Shown: positions 39,303-48,563 of the stretch, piece by piece
Numbering within the stretch: position 1 is the first letter of the stretch
How the letters are laid out: each line of letters starts with the position of its first letter
Origin: an uncultured Planctomycetia bacterium
GTDB taxonomy: Bacteria > Planctomycetota > Phycisphaerae > FEN-1346 > JAACEH01
Direction of reading: 5' to 3'
Length of the DNA: 64,000 bases
Assembly: GCA_903929765.1 (NCBI GenBank)
Contig: CAIYVX010000033.1
Location: 5,037 to 69,036 of the forward strand
Notes under the pieces: generated by a model
Databases searched by the model: none
What the model saw: the letters and a program-made list of their open reading frames with translations, nothing else
Told to the model about the DNA's origin: nothing
Translations under genes and position numbers: made by a program

Positions 39303-40829
39303 ATGAGCGAAGCAGCGCCAACCGCCGCCAAACCGTTCACCGCCAGATTGTGGGCCATTCACCTCTGGGGCCTGGGCGGCATGGCCGACTATTTTCTTTA
39401 TTCGGCCTTCAACATGATTAACTTGGCATTTACGACCGGGTACAAGCTGGATCCGGTCCTGGTGGGGATCGCCCTGTCTGCGCCCCGGTTTATCGACGCC
39501 CTCGTCGATCCGCTGATCGGGCATTTTTCGGACGATTTTCACAGCCGCTGGGGGCGTCGGCGGCCCTTCATCCTCGGTTCCAGCGTGATCGGAGCGCTAC
39601 TGGTCATGGGCCTCTGGTGGGACTCGCCGGCGTGGAACCAGTGGGTGCAACTGGCCTGGGTCACGGTCGGGGCCACGCTGCTGTTCACGATGTGGGGCAT
39701 CTTCAACTTGACGCACACGGCCCTGGGCTATGAACTGTCGGACGATTACGGCAACCGCTCGAAGGTTCTGGCCATCAAAGGTTGGTGGGCCACGGTGGCC
39801 ATGATCGGCGGATCGTACGTCTATTCAGGCGTCCTGAACATGCCTGCGGTTCTCGATCACGTGGCCGGGGCGGCGCACTGGTGTCTGGGAGGCCAGACCG
39901 GCATCGACGTCTGGTTGGACAACGGCGTGGCCTGGCTCAGGCCCCAGGTCGGCACCGAGGTGGGGGCCTTCCGGCTGATCTACATTTTCGTCGCCCTCGT
40001 GATCGTCTTCGGGGGCCTGGTTCCGTTCCTCACGGTCAAGGAGCGGTTCTCCCGGGCCAACCGCAAACACGTCGCCCTGTGGCCGGCCATGCGGGCCACG
40101 TTTCAGAACAAAACCTATCGCCTGCTCCTGATCCTGCGGATTTCCCAGACGTTCGGCACCGCGCTGTCAGGCATCACGGGCGCATATCTGGCCATTTATT
40201 ACATCTGTTACGGGGACAAGAAGTGGTACATGGCGGTGGCGCCGCCGTGTGGCACCTTCGTCGGCCTGGTGCTGGCGCTGGCCATGATGTTCCTGGCGGC
40301 GCCGATCACCCGGAAACTCGGGAAGCGGACGGGCCTCATTGTCTGCTTCGGCCTGATGTTCCTCTCGACGTGCTTCGCGCCGTTGATCTACCAGCCTGGC
40401 CACCTGTATCTGGTCGTCTTCTACGGGCTGTGCTTCGCGCCCGTGGCGATGGTGCTGAACAATCTTTCGGGCTCGCTCATCCCCGACATCTGCGACGTCG
40501 ACGAGTTGGAGCACGGCGAGCGTCGCGAGGGCCTGTTCGCAGCGGTCCAGTCGTTCGTCAATAAAATGGAGACCTCCACCATTATGCTGTTCAGTGGTTT
40601 CCTGCTGAAATTTTCCGGATTCGATCAGCACATCATCGTGCAGCCGCCGGAGGTGTTGCACCGGATGCTCTGGATGTATTTTACGCCGAGCATTTTCTTT
40701 GCCGGGGTGACCTTCGTCATTTCCTGGTTCATCCCGCCCGATCAGAAAAACATGGCGGCTGTGCGGGCCGAACTCGACGCCCGCCGGGCCGCCGGATTGA
40801 CCCAGGAAACGGGCAAACCGACGGCCTGA
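39303..40829 (+). CDS. MFS transporter, GPH family (divergent third copy)
   Basis: DALVDPLIGHFSDDFHSRWGRRRPFILG, about 12 TM segments. Confidence 0.8.
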   Translation: MSEAAPTAAKPFTARLWAIHLWGLGGMADYFLYSAFNMINLAFTTGYKLDPVLVGIALSAPRFIDALVDPLIGHFSDDFHSRWGRRRPFILGSSVIGALLVMGLWWDSPAWNQWVQLAWVTVGATLLFTMWGIFNLTHTALGYELSDDYGNRSKVLAIKGWWATVAMIGGSYVYSGVLNMPAVLDHVAGAAHWCLGGQTGIDVWLDNGVAWLRPQVGTEVGAFRLIYIFVALVIVFGGLVPFLTVKERFSRANRKHVALWPAMRATFQNKTYRLLLILRISQTFGTALSGITGAYLAIYYICYGDKKWYMAVAPPCGTFVGLVLALAMMFLAAPITRKLGKRTGLIVCFGLMFLSTCFAPLIYQPGHLYLVVFYGLCFAPVAMVLNNLSGSLIPDICDVDELEHGERREGLFAAVQSFVNKMETSTIMLFSGFLLKFSGFDQHIIVQPPEVLHRMLWMYFTPSIFFAGVTFVISWFIPPDQKNMAAVRAELDARRAAGLTQETGKPTA

Positions 40830-40947
40830 GCGGACTTCCGGCGTCACACAGCAAAACATCAAGCTGTTTCTTAGAAGCCGGCGGATTTTTCTCCGGCGAG
40901 GCCGGCAGCGTCCTGAGTTATAATCCAGGGGGTAAAAGGAGCGGCCG

Positions 40948-41547
40948 ATGACGATCAGGGAACTAGCGGCGAGGCGCGGCGCCGCCGTGTGGCTGGCGCT
41001 GGGGCTGGCGACGGCGGGGTGCAGCCATTCGGGCCAGACGTCGCCGCAGGGCGAAGGGAGAACGGACATGGCAAACAAGATGGTCATTACCAGTACGGCC
41101 TTTGGGGCCAACCAGAAGATACCGCGGCAATATAGCGGAGAAGGCCGCGATGTCTCGCCGCCGCTCGGGTGGTCGGGCGTGCCGGAAAAGGCACGGGAAC
41201 TGGCGCTGATCGTGGATGATCCGGATGCGCCGCGGGCGGAGCCGTGGGTACACTGGGTGATTTACCAGATCGCGGTGACGGTCACGGGGCTACCGGAGGC
41301 GGTGGCGACGAACGAAGTTCTGGCGTCGCCGCCGGGAGCGCTCCAGGGGCGGAACACGGCGGGGCAGTTGGGTTATATGGGCCCGATGCCGCCGCCGGGC
41401 CACGGCGTGCATCACTACCACTTCAAACTTTATGCCCTGGACGCAGCGCTGGGCCTCAAGCCCGGAGTGGACAAGAAGACGCTGGAGGCGGCCATGGCCG
41501 GGCATATTGTCGCCCAGGCCGAGTTGGTGGGGACATACGAAAGATAG
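40948..41547 (+). CDS. YbhB/YbcL family Raf kinase inhibitor-like (PEBP) lipoprotein
   Basis: GPMPPPGHGVHHYHFKLYALD PEBP motif. Lipobox LATAGC. Confidence 0.85.
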   Translation: MTIRELAARRGAAVWLALGLATAGCSHSGQTSPQGEGRTDMANKMVITSTAFGANQKIPRQYSGEGRDVSPPLGWSGVPEKARELALIVDDPDAPRAEPWVHWVIYQIAVTVTGLPEAVATNEVLASPPGALQGRNTAGQLGYMGPMPPPGHGVHHYHFKLYALDAALGLKPGVDKKTLEAAMAGHIVAQAELVGTYER

Positions 41548-41583
41548 ACTACAGCCCCGTTTTACGGAAAGTCGGTCTTTTTG

Positions 41584-41612
41584 TTGACAAAGCAGTTGGC
41601 ATTCCTTATACT
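41584..41612 (+). promoter_or_regulatory. Near-consensus sigma70 promoter (TTGACA-N17-TATACT) about 290 nt upstream of ilvD
   Basis: TTGACA 41584-41589, 17-nt spacer, TATACT 41607-41612. Same quality as the tRNA promoters in this window. Confidence 0.5.
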
Positions 41613-41857
41613 CCTGACTTCTTTGTCAGCGCACCTCGTCTCCCACGGGGTCGGCCTTCGGAAGTTGGCGAGGGCCACGGGGTCGGATCGGCGGCGATTC
41701 GACTCAAGCCTCGGAGACGAACCCAATGGAGCCGCACTGATCTCGGGCCGGAACCGCCAAGTGGCGGGAATGGCCGACGACCGCCGAAGGTCGTGATGCA
41801 AGATTTTGAAACGAGTGTCGGTAAGCGGAAGGCGTTTTGGACGCCAGGAGTGTTCGT

Positions 41858-41883
41858 CATGGCCGCAAGCGGCCATGCCACCC
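41858..41883 (-). repeat. REP-like element copy 7 (short variant, inverted), 18 nt before the ilvD ATG
   Basis: catggccgcaagcggccatgccaccc is the reverse complement of GGGTGGCATGG-CCGCTTGCGG-CCATG. Confidence 0.65.
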
Positions 41884-41901
41884 GTTATTTTCGGTGAAGC
41901 A

Positions 41902-43587
41902 ATGAAAAGCGAAAAATTCCGATCTGGATATCAGTGGGCGCCGAACCGAGCGTTGCTGTACGCGACGGGGAAGTCGCCGGGCGACCTGAAGAAGCCGCTG
42001 ATCGGGCTGTGTTCGTCGTTCACGGACCTGATTCCCGGTCATGTACACATGCGCATCCTGGAGCGTGACATTGAGAAGGGGATTCACTCGGGCGGCGGGA
42101 TCAGTTTCCTGTTCAGCGTGCCGGGGATCTGCGACGGGATTGCGATGGGCCATGAGGGGATGCACTACAGCTTGGCGAGCCGGGAACTGATCGCGGACAT
42201 GATCGAGTCGGTGATGATCGCGCATCGGCTGGACGGGATGGTGCTGCTGACGAATTGCGACAAGATCACGCCGGGGATGCTGATGGCGGCGGCGCGGCTG
42301 AATCTGCCGGCCATCGTCGTGACGGGCGGACCGATGTACACGGGTCGCCTCAACGGCAAGCGGCTGAGCCTGGTGCGGGACACGTTCGAGGCGGTGGGTC
42401 GGCGTCAGGCGGAAAAGATCAACGATGAGGAGTTGGCCTGCCTGGAACTGGAAGCCTGTCCCGGAGCGGGGAGTTGCCAGGGTTTGTACACGGCCAACAC
42501 GATGGCCTGCGTGACGGAGGCGCTGGGGATGAGCCTGGCGGGTTGCGCGACGGCGCTGGCGGTGGGGGCGAAGAAGCGGCGCATCGCTTATGCCAGCGGC
42601 GAGCGGGTGGTGGAACTGGTGAAGGAAAACCTGACACCGCGCAAGATCATGGTTCGTGCGGCGTTTGAGAATGCGCTGACGATAGACATGGCGTTGGGCG
42701 GCTCGACGAATACCTGCCTGCATATTCCGGCGATTGCGCATGAGGCGGAGGTGGCGCTGCCGCTGGAAGTAGTGGACAACGTCAGCCGGCACACGCCGAC
42801 GATTGCTTCGCTGGAGCCGACGGGCAACTACTACATGGAAGACCTGGAATTCGCCGGCGGGATTCCGGCGGTGATGAAGCGGCTGGGCAACCGGCTGAAC
42901 AATTGCAAGCTGACGGTGACGGGCAAGACGATCCGGGAAATCGCCCACGAGGCGAAATTGACGGATGAGGAAGTGATTCGGGATTTCAAGCGGGCGTATC
43001 GGCCCGAGGGCGGGATCGCGGTGCTGCGCGGCAATCTGGCGCCGGACGGGGCGATTGTGAAGCAGGCGGCGGTGACGGAAGCGATGATGAAGTACACGGG
43101 TAAGGCGGTCTGCTTCGACAGCGAAGATTTGGCGATGAAGTACATTCTGGGCGGCAAGGCCAAGGCGGGCCAGGTGCTGGTGATCCGTTACGAAGGCCCG
43201 CGCGGCGGTCCGGGGATGCGGGAGATGCTGGGACCGACGGCGGCACTGGTGGGTCAGGGCCTGGCGGACAAGGTGGCGCTGATAACGGACGGTCGGTTCA
43301 GCGGGGGGACGCGCGGTCCGTGCCTGGGCCACGTTTCGCCGGAGGCGGCGTCGGGCGGCCCGATTGCGCTGGTGAAGAATGGTGATACGATAGTCATTGA
43401 CATTCCAGGCCGCAAGCTGGCCCTGAACGTGAGCGAGACGGAGATGAAAAACCGGGCCTCGGCCTGGCGGGCGCCGAAGGCAAAGATCACGACGGGCTGG
43501 CTGGCGCGGTATGCGGAGTGCGTGACGAGCGCGGCGACGGGCGCGGTGCTGGTGGCACCGAGTGAGAATCGGAAAAAGAAGGCTTAA
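41902..43587 (+). CDS. ilvD: Dihydroxy-acid dehydratase
   Basis: [44 protein letters not shown]. Confidence 0.95.
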   Translation: MKSEKFRSGYQWAPNRALLYATGKSPGDLKKPLIGLCSSFTDLIPGHVHMRILERDIEKGIHSGGGISFLFSVPGICDGIAMGHEGMHYSLASRELIADMIESVMIAHRLDGMVLLTNCDKITPGMLMAAARLNLPAIVVTGGPMYTGRLNGKRLSLVRDTFEAVGRRQAEKINDEELACLELEACPGAGSCQGLYTANTMACVTEALGMSLAGCATALAVGAKKRRIAYASGERVVELVKENLTPRKIMVRAAFENALTIDMALGGSTNTCLHIPAIAHEAEVALPLEVVDNVSRHTPTIASLEPTGNYYMEDLEFAGGIPAVMKRLGNRLNNCKLTVTGKTIREIAHEAKLTDEEVIRDFKRAYRPEGGIAVLRGNLAPDGAIVKQAAVTEAMMKYTGKAVCFDSEDLAMKYILGGKAKAGQVLVIRYEGPRGGPGMREMLGPTAALVGQGLADKVALITDGRFSGGTRGPCLGHVSPEAASGGPIALVKNGDTIVIDIPGRKLALNVSETEMKNRASAWRAPKAKITTGWLARYAECVTSAATGAVLVAPSENRKKKA

Positions 43588-43619
43588 GAAACGGCAAAAG
43601 AAGCGCGGGGGACACTGGT

Positions 43620-43693
43620 TACCCGGTGGTGTAATGGTAACACAGGAGTTTTTGGTACTCCTGTTCCTGGTTCGAGTCCAGGCCGGGTAGCCA
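43620..43693 (+). tRNA. tRNA-Gln (anticodon UUG), CCA encoded
   Basis: UACCCGG-UG-GUGU-AAUGGUA-ACAC-A-GGAGU-UUUUGGU-ACUCC-UGUU-CCUGG-UUCGAGU-CCAGG-CCGGGUA-G-CCA. The U1-A72 pair is typical of bacterial tRNA-Gln. Confidence 0.9.
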
Positions 43694-43712
43694 GAGTTCC
43701 CGGCGAGGAAAA

Positions 43713-44762
43713 ATGAGTCAAACGAAAGCGATCATTCTCGCGGCGGGCAAGAGTACTCGGATGAAGAGCGATCTGCCGAAGGTGCTGCACGACGTCTGTG
43801 GGCGGCCGATGCTGTCGTACGTCATCGAGGCCGGCCGGCAGGCGGGTGCGGAGGAACTGATCGTGGTCGTGGGCTTCGGCCGTGAACTGGTCAAGGAAAC
43901 TTTCCGCGACGAGGCGAAGATCACCTGGGTGACTCAGGAACCGCAACTGGGGACGGGTCACGCGATCCTGGTTTGCCGCGAGGCGCTGGCGGGTTTCCAG
44001 GGTAACGTGCTGATTCTTTGCGGCGACGCACCGTGCATCCAGGCCTCGACGATCCAGAAGTTGCGGCAGCGCCACGAGGAGACAGGGGCGGCGGTAACGC
44101 TGCTATCGGCGGAGTTGGCGGATGCGGCGGCGTATGGCCGGATTGTGCGGGACGGGCAGGGGGGGCTGAAAGGGATTGTGGAATTCAAGGATTGCACGCC
44201 GGAACAGGCGGCGATTCGGGAAGTTAATTCCGGCTATTATTGTTACCGGGCGGCGGACCTGTTGTGGGCGCTGGAGCGGCTGACTAATAATAATGCCAAG
44301 AGCGAATATTACCTGACTGACACGGTGGCGGCGTTGATCGGTGACGGTCGGCGGGCCGAGGCTTATCCTGGGATGTCGGCGGGGGAAATGACGGCGGCGA
44401 ACAGCCGGGCGGAGCTAGTGGCGGTATCGCGGGTGTTGCATGATCGGATTCTCGCGGGCCACATGGACAACGGCGTGACGATAGTCGATCCGGGGACGAC
44501 GTTCATCGACGCGCGGGCGACGATCGGACAGGATACGGTGGTGCGACCGTTTACGGTTCTGGACGGTCGGGTGGCGGTGGGAGCGCGGTGTACGATCGGG
44601 CCGTTTGCGCACCTGCTGGACGGGGCGACGGTGCCCGACGGCGTGCAGGTCGGCTCTTTTGCGCAGGCGCGGGCGGCGAAGGCGGCACGGCGGTCGGCGC
44701 GGCGTGGGAAGGTCGAGCGTCGGTCGGGTCGAGAGCCGGCGGCGAGGAGTGGGCAGCGATGA
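43713..44762 (+). CDS. glmU: GlmU-like N-acetylglucosamine-1-phosphate uridyltransferase with truncated left-handed beta-helix
   Basis: AIILAAGKSTRMKSDLPKVLH and QLGTGHA uridyltransferase motifs. The LbH repeats stop after TIGPFAHLLDG...VGSF and are replaced by an Arg/Ala-rich tail. The stop overlaps the prs ATG (ATGA). Confidence 0.8.
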   Translation: MSQTKAIILAAGKSTRMKSDLPKVLHDVCGRPMLSYVIEAGRQAGAEELIVVVGFGRELVKETFRDEAKITWVTQEPQLGTGHAILVCREALAGFQGNVLILCGDAPCIQASTIQKLRQRHEETGAAVTLLSAELADAAAYGRIVRDGQGGLKGIVEFKDCTPEQAAIREVNSGYYCYRAADLLWALERLTNNNAKSEYYLTDTVAALIGDGRRAEAYPGMSAGEMTAANSRAELVAVSRVLHDRILAGHMDNGVTIVDPGTTFIDARATIGQDTVVRPFTVLDGRVAVGARCTIGPFAHLLDGATVPDGVQVGSFAQARAAKAARRSARRGKVERRSGREPAARSGQR

Positions 44763-45709
44763 ATCGGGAATTGAAGATATTTTCCGGCAACAGCAACCGG
44801 CCTCTGGCGCAGAAGATCTGTGACCGGCTGGGGCTGCCGATGGGCATGGCGACGATCAGCACGTTTCCGGACGGGGAGACGTTCATCAAGCTGGACGAGG
44901 ACATCCGGGGCCGGGATATTTTCGTCATCCAAAGCGTTTGCCACGAGCCGAACGAATATTTGATGGAGCTTTTGATTTATCTGGATTGCATTCGGCGGGC
45001 CTCGGCGCAGCGGGTGACGGCCGTGATACCCTATTACGGCTACGCCCGGCAAGACCGCAAGGACGAGGGCCGGACGCCGATCACGGCGAAGCTGGTGGCG
45101 AACATGCTGGTGACGGCGGGGGCGGACCGGGTGCTGACGATCGACCTGCACGCCAGCCAGATACAGGGTTTTTTCGACATTCCGCTGGACCACCTGCTGG
45201 CCGAGCAGGTATTTATGGAACATTACCGCAAGATGAATATTCCCGATCTGACGGTGGCTTCGCCGGACGTGGGGAGCGTGAAGCGGGCGCGGCTGTACGC
45301 GAAACACCTGGGCGGGACGCTGGTGATCGCGGAGAAGGAGCGGATCGGCTCGACGGACGTGCGGGCGGGCAACCTGATCGGGAGCGTCGAAGGCCGCAAC
45401 GTGATCCTGGTGGACGACATGATTTCGACGGCGGGGAGCGTGGTCGCGGCGGCGAAGATGGTCAAGGATCACGGGGCGAAGGACATATATATAGCGGCGA
45501 CGCACGGGCTGTTCTGCGGTCCGGCGATTGAGCGTCTGGCGGGGGCGGGAATCAAGGAAGTGGCGGTGAGCGACACGATTCCGCTGCCGGAGGCGTGCAA
45601 GAAGCTGAAGAACCTGGCGGTGCTGAGCGTGGCGCCGATGCTGGGCGAGGCGATCAGCCGGATTCATCGGAATGAGTCGGTGAGCAGCCTGTTTATGAAC
45701 GAATCGTAA
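44759..45709 (+). CDS. prs: Ribose-phosphate pyrophosphokinase
   Basis: IFSGNSNRPLAQKI, DLHASQIQGFFDIP, and the PRPP-binding loop ILVDDMISTAGS. Confidence 0.95.
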   Translation: MNRELKIFSGNSNRPLAQKICDRLGLPMGMATISTFPDGETFIKLDEDIRGRDIFVIQSVCHEPNEYLMELLIYLDCIRRASAQRVTAVIPYYGYARQDRKDEGRTPITAKLVANMLVTAGADRVLTIDLHASQIQGFFDIPLDHLLAEQVFMEHYRKMNIPDLTVASPDVGSVKRARLYAKHLGGTLVIAEKERIGSTDVRAGNLIGSVEGRNVILVDDMISTAGSVVAAAKMVKDHGAKDIYIAATHGLFCGPAIERLAGAGIKEVAVSDTIPLPEACKKLKNLAVLSVAPMLGEAISRIHRNESVSSLFMNES

Positions 45710-45771
45710 TGAGACGGCCTGGGGGCCTTCGGGGCCGGCCGGGCGAGCGAGTGAGTGAAAGGAGTGGAGCG

Positions 45772-46470
45772 ATGAAGGAAGTTCTGTCATTGGCGACGAA
45801 GAATCGCGAGGGCCGCGGTACGAGCAAGTCCCGTCGCCTGAGGTATGAGGGCCAGGTGCCCGGGATCGTTTACGGGCACAAGCAGGAGCCGCGGCAGGTC
45901 ACGGTGGCTTACGACGACCTGCTGGGGGCGGTGCGTCATCACACGCGGATGATGGACCTGGAGACGGGCGGGGCGAAGGAACGGGTGATTCTCCACGACG
46001 TGCAGTTCGACGCGTTCGGGATGGACATCGTTCATGCCGACTTCGTGCGGGTGGCGATGGACGAACTGATCCGGATCAAGGTTCCGGTGGAACTGCGCGG
46101 CAAGGCGGCCGGGGAAGTTCACGGCGGCGTGGCGGAGCAGTTGCTGACGGAGGTGGAAGTGGAGTGCCTGCCGGGCGACATACCGGAGGCTATTCCGTTC
46201 GTGATCAGCGCGCTGGAAGTGGGGCAGTCGGTGTCGGTGAGCCAGTTGGTGGCGCCGGTCAAGACGCGGATAACGAGCGAACCGAACCTCATCGTGGTGA
46301 CGGTGGCGGCGCCGAAGACCGAGGCGGCGGCAGTGGCAGCGCCGGTCGAAGCGGTGGCGGTGGCGGGCGTGGAGCCGGAAGTGATCACTCGCGGCAAGGC
46401 GGAGGAAGGCGAGGAAGGCGAGGAAGCGGCCGAGGGGGACAAGAAGAAGGAAAAGGAAAAGAAGAAGTAG
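45772..46470 (+). CDS. rplY: 50S ribosomal protein L25 / general stress protein Ctc
   Basis: SRRLRYEGQVPGIVYG and the long Ctc-type C-terminal domain. Acidic then Lys-rich tail. AAAGGAG before ATG 45772. Confidence 0.9.
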   Translation: MKEVLSLATKNREGRGTSKSRRLRYEGQVPGIVYGHKQEPRQVTVAYDDLLGAVRHHTRMMDLETGGAKERVILHDVQFDAFGMDIVHADFVRVAMDELIRIKVPVELRGKAAGEVHGGVAEQLLTEVEVECLPGDIPEAIPFVISALEVGQSVSVSQLVAPVKTRITSEPNLIVVTVAAPKTEAAAVAAPVEAVAVAGVEPEVITRGKAEEGEEGEEAAEGDKKKEKEKKK

Positions 46471-46530
46471 GCCGGGGAGCGACGGCGTGTTTTGTGTTGA
46501 GGTTCGGCGAGAAAGGAAGCGAGCGCAGAG

Positions 46531-47106
46531 ATGCGGTTGATCGTCGGGCTTGGCAATCCGGGCAAGGGCTACGCGACGACGCGGCACAACCTCGGGTTTC
46601 GCGTCTGCGAGCAGGTGTGCGAGCGGCTGTCGGCAAGCTGGAGCGGCGAAAAGTTTTCGTCGCGAGTCGCCGAGGTTCGCGGGCCGCAGGGCCGGGTGCT
46701 GCTGCTGGAGCCACAGACTTTTATGAATCTTTCGGGCCAGGCGGTGAGCACTGCGGTGGGTTTCTACCGGCTGGACCTGGTGGAGATGCTGGTGATCTGC
46801 GACGATTTCAACCTGCCGCTGGGCCAGTTGCGGCTGAGGACGGGCGGGTCGCACGGTGGTCACAACGGGTTGCGTAGCGTGATCGAGCATCTGGGCACGG
46901 AGGAGTTTCCGAGAATGCGTCTCGGAGTGGGTCCGGTCGCAGGGAAGGACACGGTTGACTTTTGCCTGGCGAAGTTTCGACCGGGCGAGGAAGCGGCAGT
47001 GGCAGAGATGGTGGCCCGGGCGGCCGATGCGGCCCAGGTCTGGCTGGAGTCGGGCATCGAGGAAGCGATGAACCGGTTCAATAGCAAGGCGACGCCGGAA
47101 AGTTGA
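46531..47106 (+). CDS. pth: Peptidyl-tRNA hydrolase
   Basis: MRLIVGLGNPG...TRHNLGF, GGHNGLRS. Confidence 0.95.
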   Translation: MRLIVGLGNPGKGYATTRHNLGFRVCEQVCERLSASWSGEKFSSRVAEVRGPQGRVLLLEPQTFMNLSGQAVSTAVGFYRLDLVEMLVICDDFNLPLGQLRLRTGGSHGGHNGLRSVIEHLGTEEFPRMRLGVGPVAGKDTVDFCLAKFRPGEEAAVAEMVARAADAAQVWLESGIEEAMNRFNSKATPES

Positions 47107-47125
47107 CCCGGCAAAACGGCAGATC

Positions 47126-47581
47126 ATGAGGAGGACGGTGGTGAAGAATTACGAGGCGATGTTCCTGCTGGAGAGCGGCTATGCCGCCAGTCATTGGAGC
47201 GAGGGCCACAAGGAGATCGAGGGCATCCTGACGAAGCACGGGTGCGAGATCGTCCGGCTGGTGAAGTGGGACGATCGGAAGCTGGCGTACGAGATCGCGC
47301 GGCACAAGCGCGGGACGTATGTGCTGGCCTATTTCAAGGCGCCGTTCGACGCTCCGGCGAAGATCGAGCGCGACGTGCAGCTTTCGGAAACGTTGCTGCG
47401 CGTGCTGCTGATCCGGCGCGAGAAGATGACGGAGGAAGCGATGTTGCGTCAGCCGGTGCCGTCGCGTGAGGCCAACGTGATCGGGGTGGCGCTGGAACCG
47501 CTGCCTCCGCCGACGCCGAAGACGCCGGTGGTCGCTCCGGAAGTCGGCGAAGCGGGCGAGGGTCTGGAAGTCGGCGAATAG
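47126..47581 (+). CDS. rpsF: 30S ribosomal protein S6
   Basis: NYEAMFLL N-terminus, KWDDRKLAYEI. The true start may be GTG 47141, which lies 6 nt after GAGGAGG. Confidence 0.9.
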   Translation: MRRTVVKNYEAMFLLESGYAASHWSEGHKEIEGILTKHGCEIVRLVKWDDRKLAYEIARHKRGTYVLAYFKAPFDAPAKIERDVQLSETLLRVLLIRREKMTEEAMLRQPVPSREANVIGVALEPLPPPTPKTPVVAPEVGEAGEGLEVGE

Positions 47582-47662
47582 TCGGGTGGGCCGGGAGGAA
47601 GGTGATTCCGTCCGGGTAACCGCCGGTCTATTAGTCCGGCCTAGAATTATGGAGAACTGGCT

Positions 47663-48118
47663 ATGGCAAACTATAATAAGGTGTTTCTGATCGGCAACCT
47701 GACGCGCGATCCGCAGTTGCGGTACACGCCGAGCCAGACGGCGGTCTGCGACTTCGGTCTGGCGGTGAACCGCAAGTCCAAGACGAGTACGGGCGAGATG
47801 CGGGAAGAAGTCTGTTTCGTGGATATCACGGCCTGGGGTAAGCAGGCCGAGACCCTGGCGAAATATGTGACCAAGGGCAGCCCGCTGCTGGTCGAAGGCC
47901 GGTTGACCTACGACCAGTGGGAATCGGAAGGGCAGAAGCGGAGCAAGTTGAAAGTGACGCTCGAGGGGTTCCAGTTTCTTGGTTCCGGCCAGCGTGGCGC
48001 CGGGGGAACGGCCGCCGCGGGCGCTGCGGGCGCTGCGGGCGGGGCGGCTGGGACGGAAAAGGGTTCCGGAGGGGGCGAGTTTACCCAGGATCTCGAGGAT
48101 GACACTATACCGTTCTGA
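47663..48118 (+). CDS. ssb: Single-stranded DNA-binding protein
   Basis: NKVFLIGNLTRDPQLRYTP OB fold, Gly/Ala-rich linker, acidic tip DDTIPF. Confidence 0.95.
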   Translation: MANYNKVFLIGNLTRDPQLRYTPSQTAVCDFGLAVNRKSKTSTGEMREEVCFVDITAWGKQAETLAKYVTKGSPLLVEGRLTYDQWESEGQKRSKLKVTLEGFQFLGSGQRGAGGTAAAGAAGAAGGAAGTEKGSGGGEFTQDLEDDTIPF

Positions 48119-48199
48119 GCAGGAAAAATAGTCAAAGCGGCGCGTAAGTCGGCTGCGGTAACGGATAAGTCAGCGTAAAGAAAGAGGTCAGGAGAAAGC

Positions 48200-48463
48200 A
48201 TGTTCGAAAAGAGAAAGCCGAGAGTTGGAGATAAGAAGAAGAAAAAGAAGGTCATTTACAAGGCCGGGGCCAAGTGCCGGTTCTGCCGGGAGAAGATCGC
48301 CGAAATCGACTACAAGGACGGCGACTCGCTGCAGAAACTGGTCACGGGGCAGGGCAAGCTGTTCTCGCGGAAGCGGTCGGGCAACTGCGCCCACCATCAG
48401 CGCAGCGCCGCCCGGGCGGTCAAGCGGGCTCGCTTCCTGTCGCTGATGCCGTTTGTGGGCTAA
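48200..48463 (+). CDS. rpsR: 30S ribosomal protein S18
   Basis: CRFCREKIAEIDYKD...GKLFSRKRSGNCAHHQR...AVKRARFLSLMPF. Confidence 0.9.
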   Translation: MFEKRKPRVGDKKKKKKVIYKAGAKCRFCREKIAEIDYKDGDSLQKLVTGQGKLFSRKRSGNCAHHQRSAARAVKRARFLSLMPFVG

Positions 48464-48563
48464 GGCGTCCGTCGGCGGTGGAGGTGGTAGTCGTCAAGTG
48501 AGGCGGCCGGCGTCGCGGTCGTTGAATTATTGAATGGGCCAAACAGGTCCGCAGGAGAAAATC

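Noticed and set aside
37536-39542. 668-aa version of the second GPH transporter ORF, and the 411-aa and 236-aa versions of the HyfC-like and RuvC ORFs.
   Set aside because: The N-terminal extensions are Arg/Pro-rich, overlap upstream genes or intergenic repeats, and the paralogs/orthologs start at the internal Met preceded by an RBS or ATGA coupling.
41663-41720. tmRNA-like 5' motif (GGGGTCGG...GATTCGAC...GAACCCAATGG) in the ilvD leader.
   Set aside because: No tRNA-like T arm or ACCA 3' end lies within 400 nt, and there is no plausible ANDxxALAA-type tag ORF. An 8-mer match such as GATTCGAC is expected by chance in 64 kb.
41858-41896. 12-codon u[15 protein letters not shown] with AGGAG upstream, ending 5 nt before the ilvD ATG; considered as an ilv attenuator leader peptide.
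   Set aside because: It contains no Ile/Val/Leu codon run, and the sequence is simply a copy of the REP-like hairpin. No terminator/antiterminator alternative is visible.
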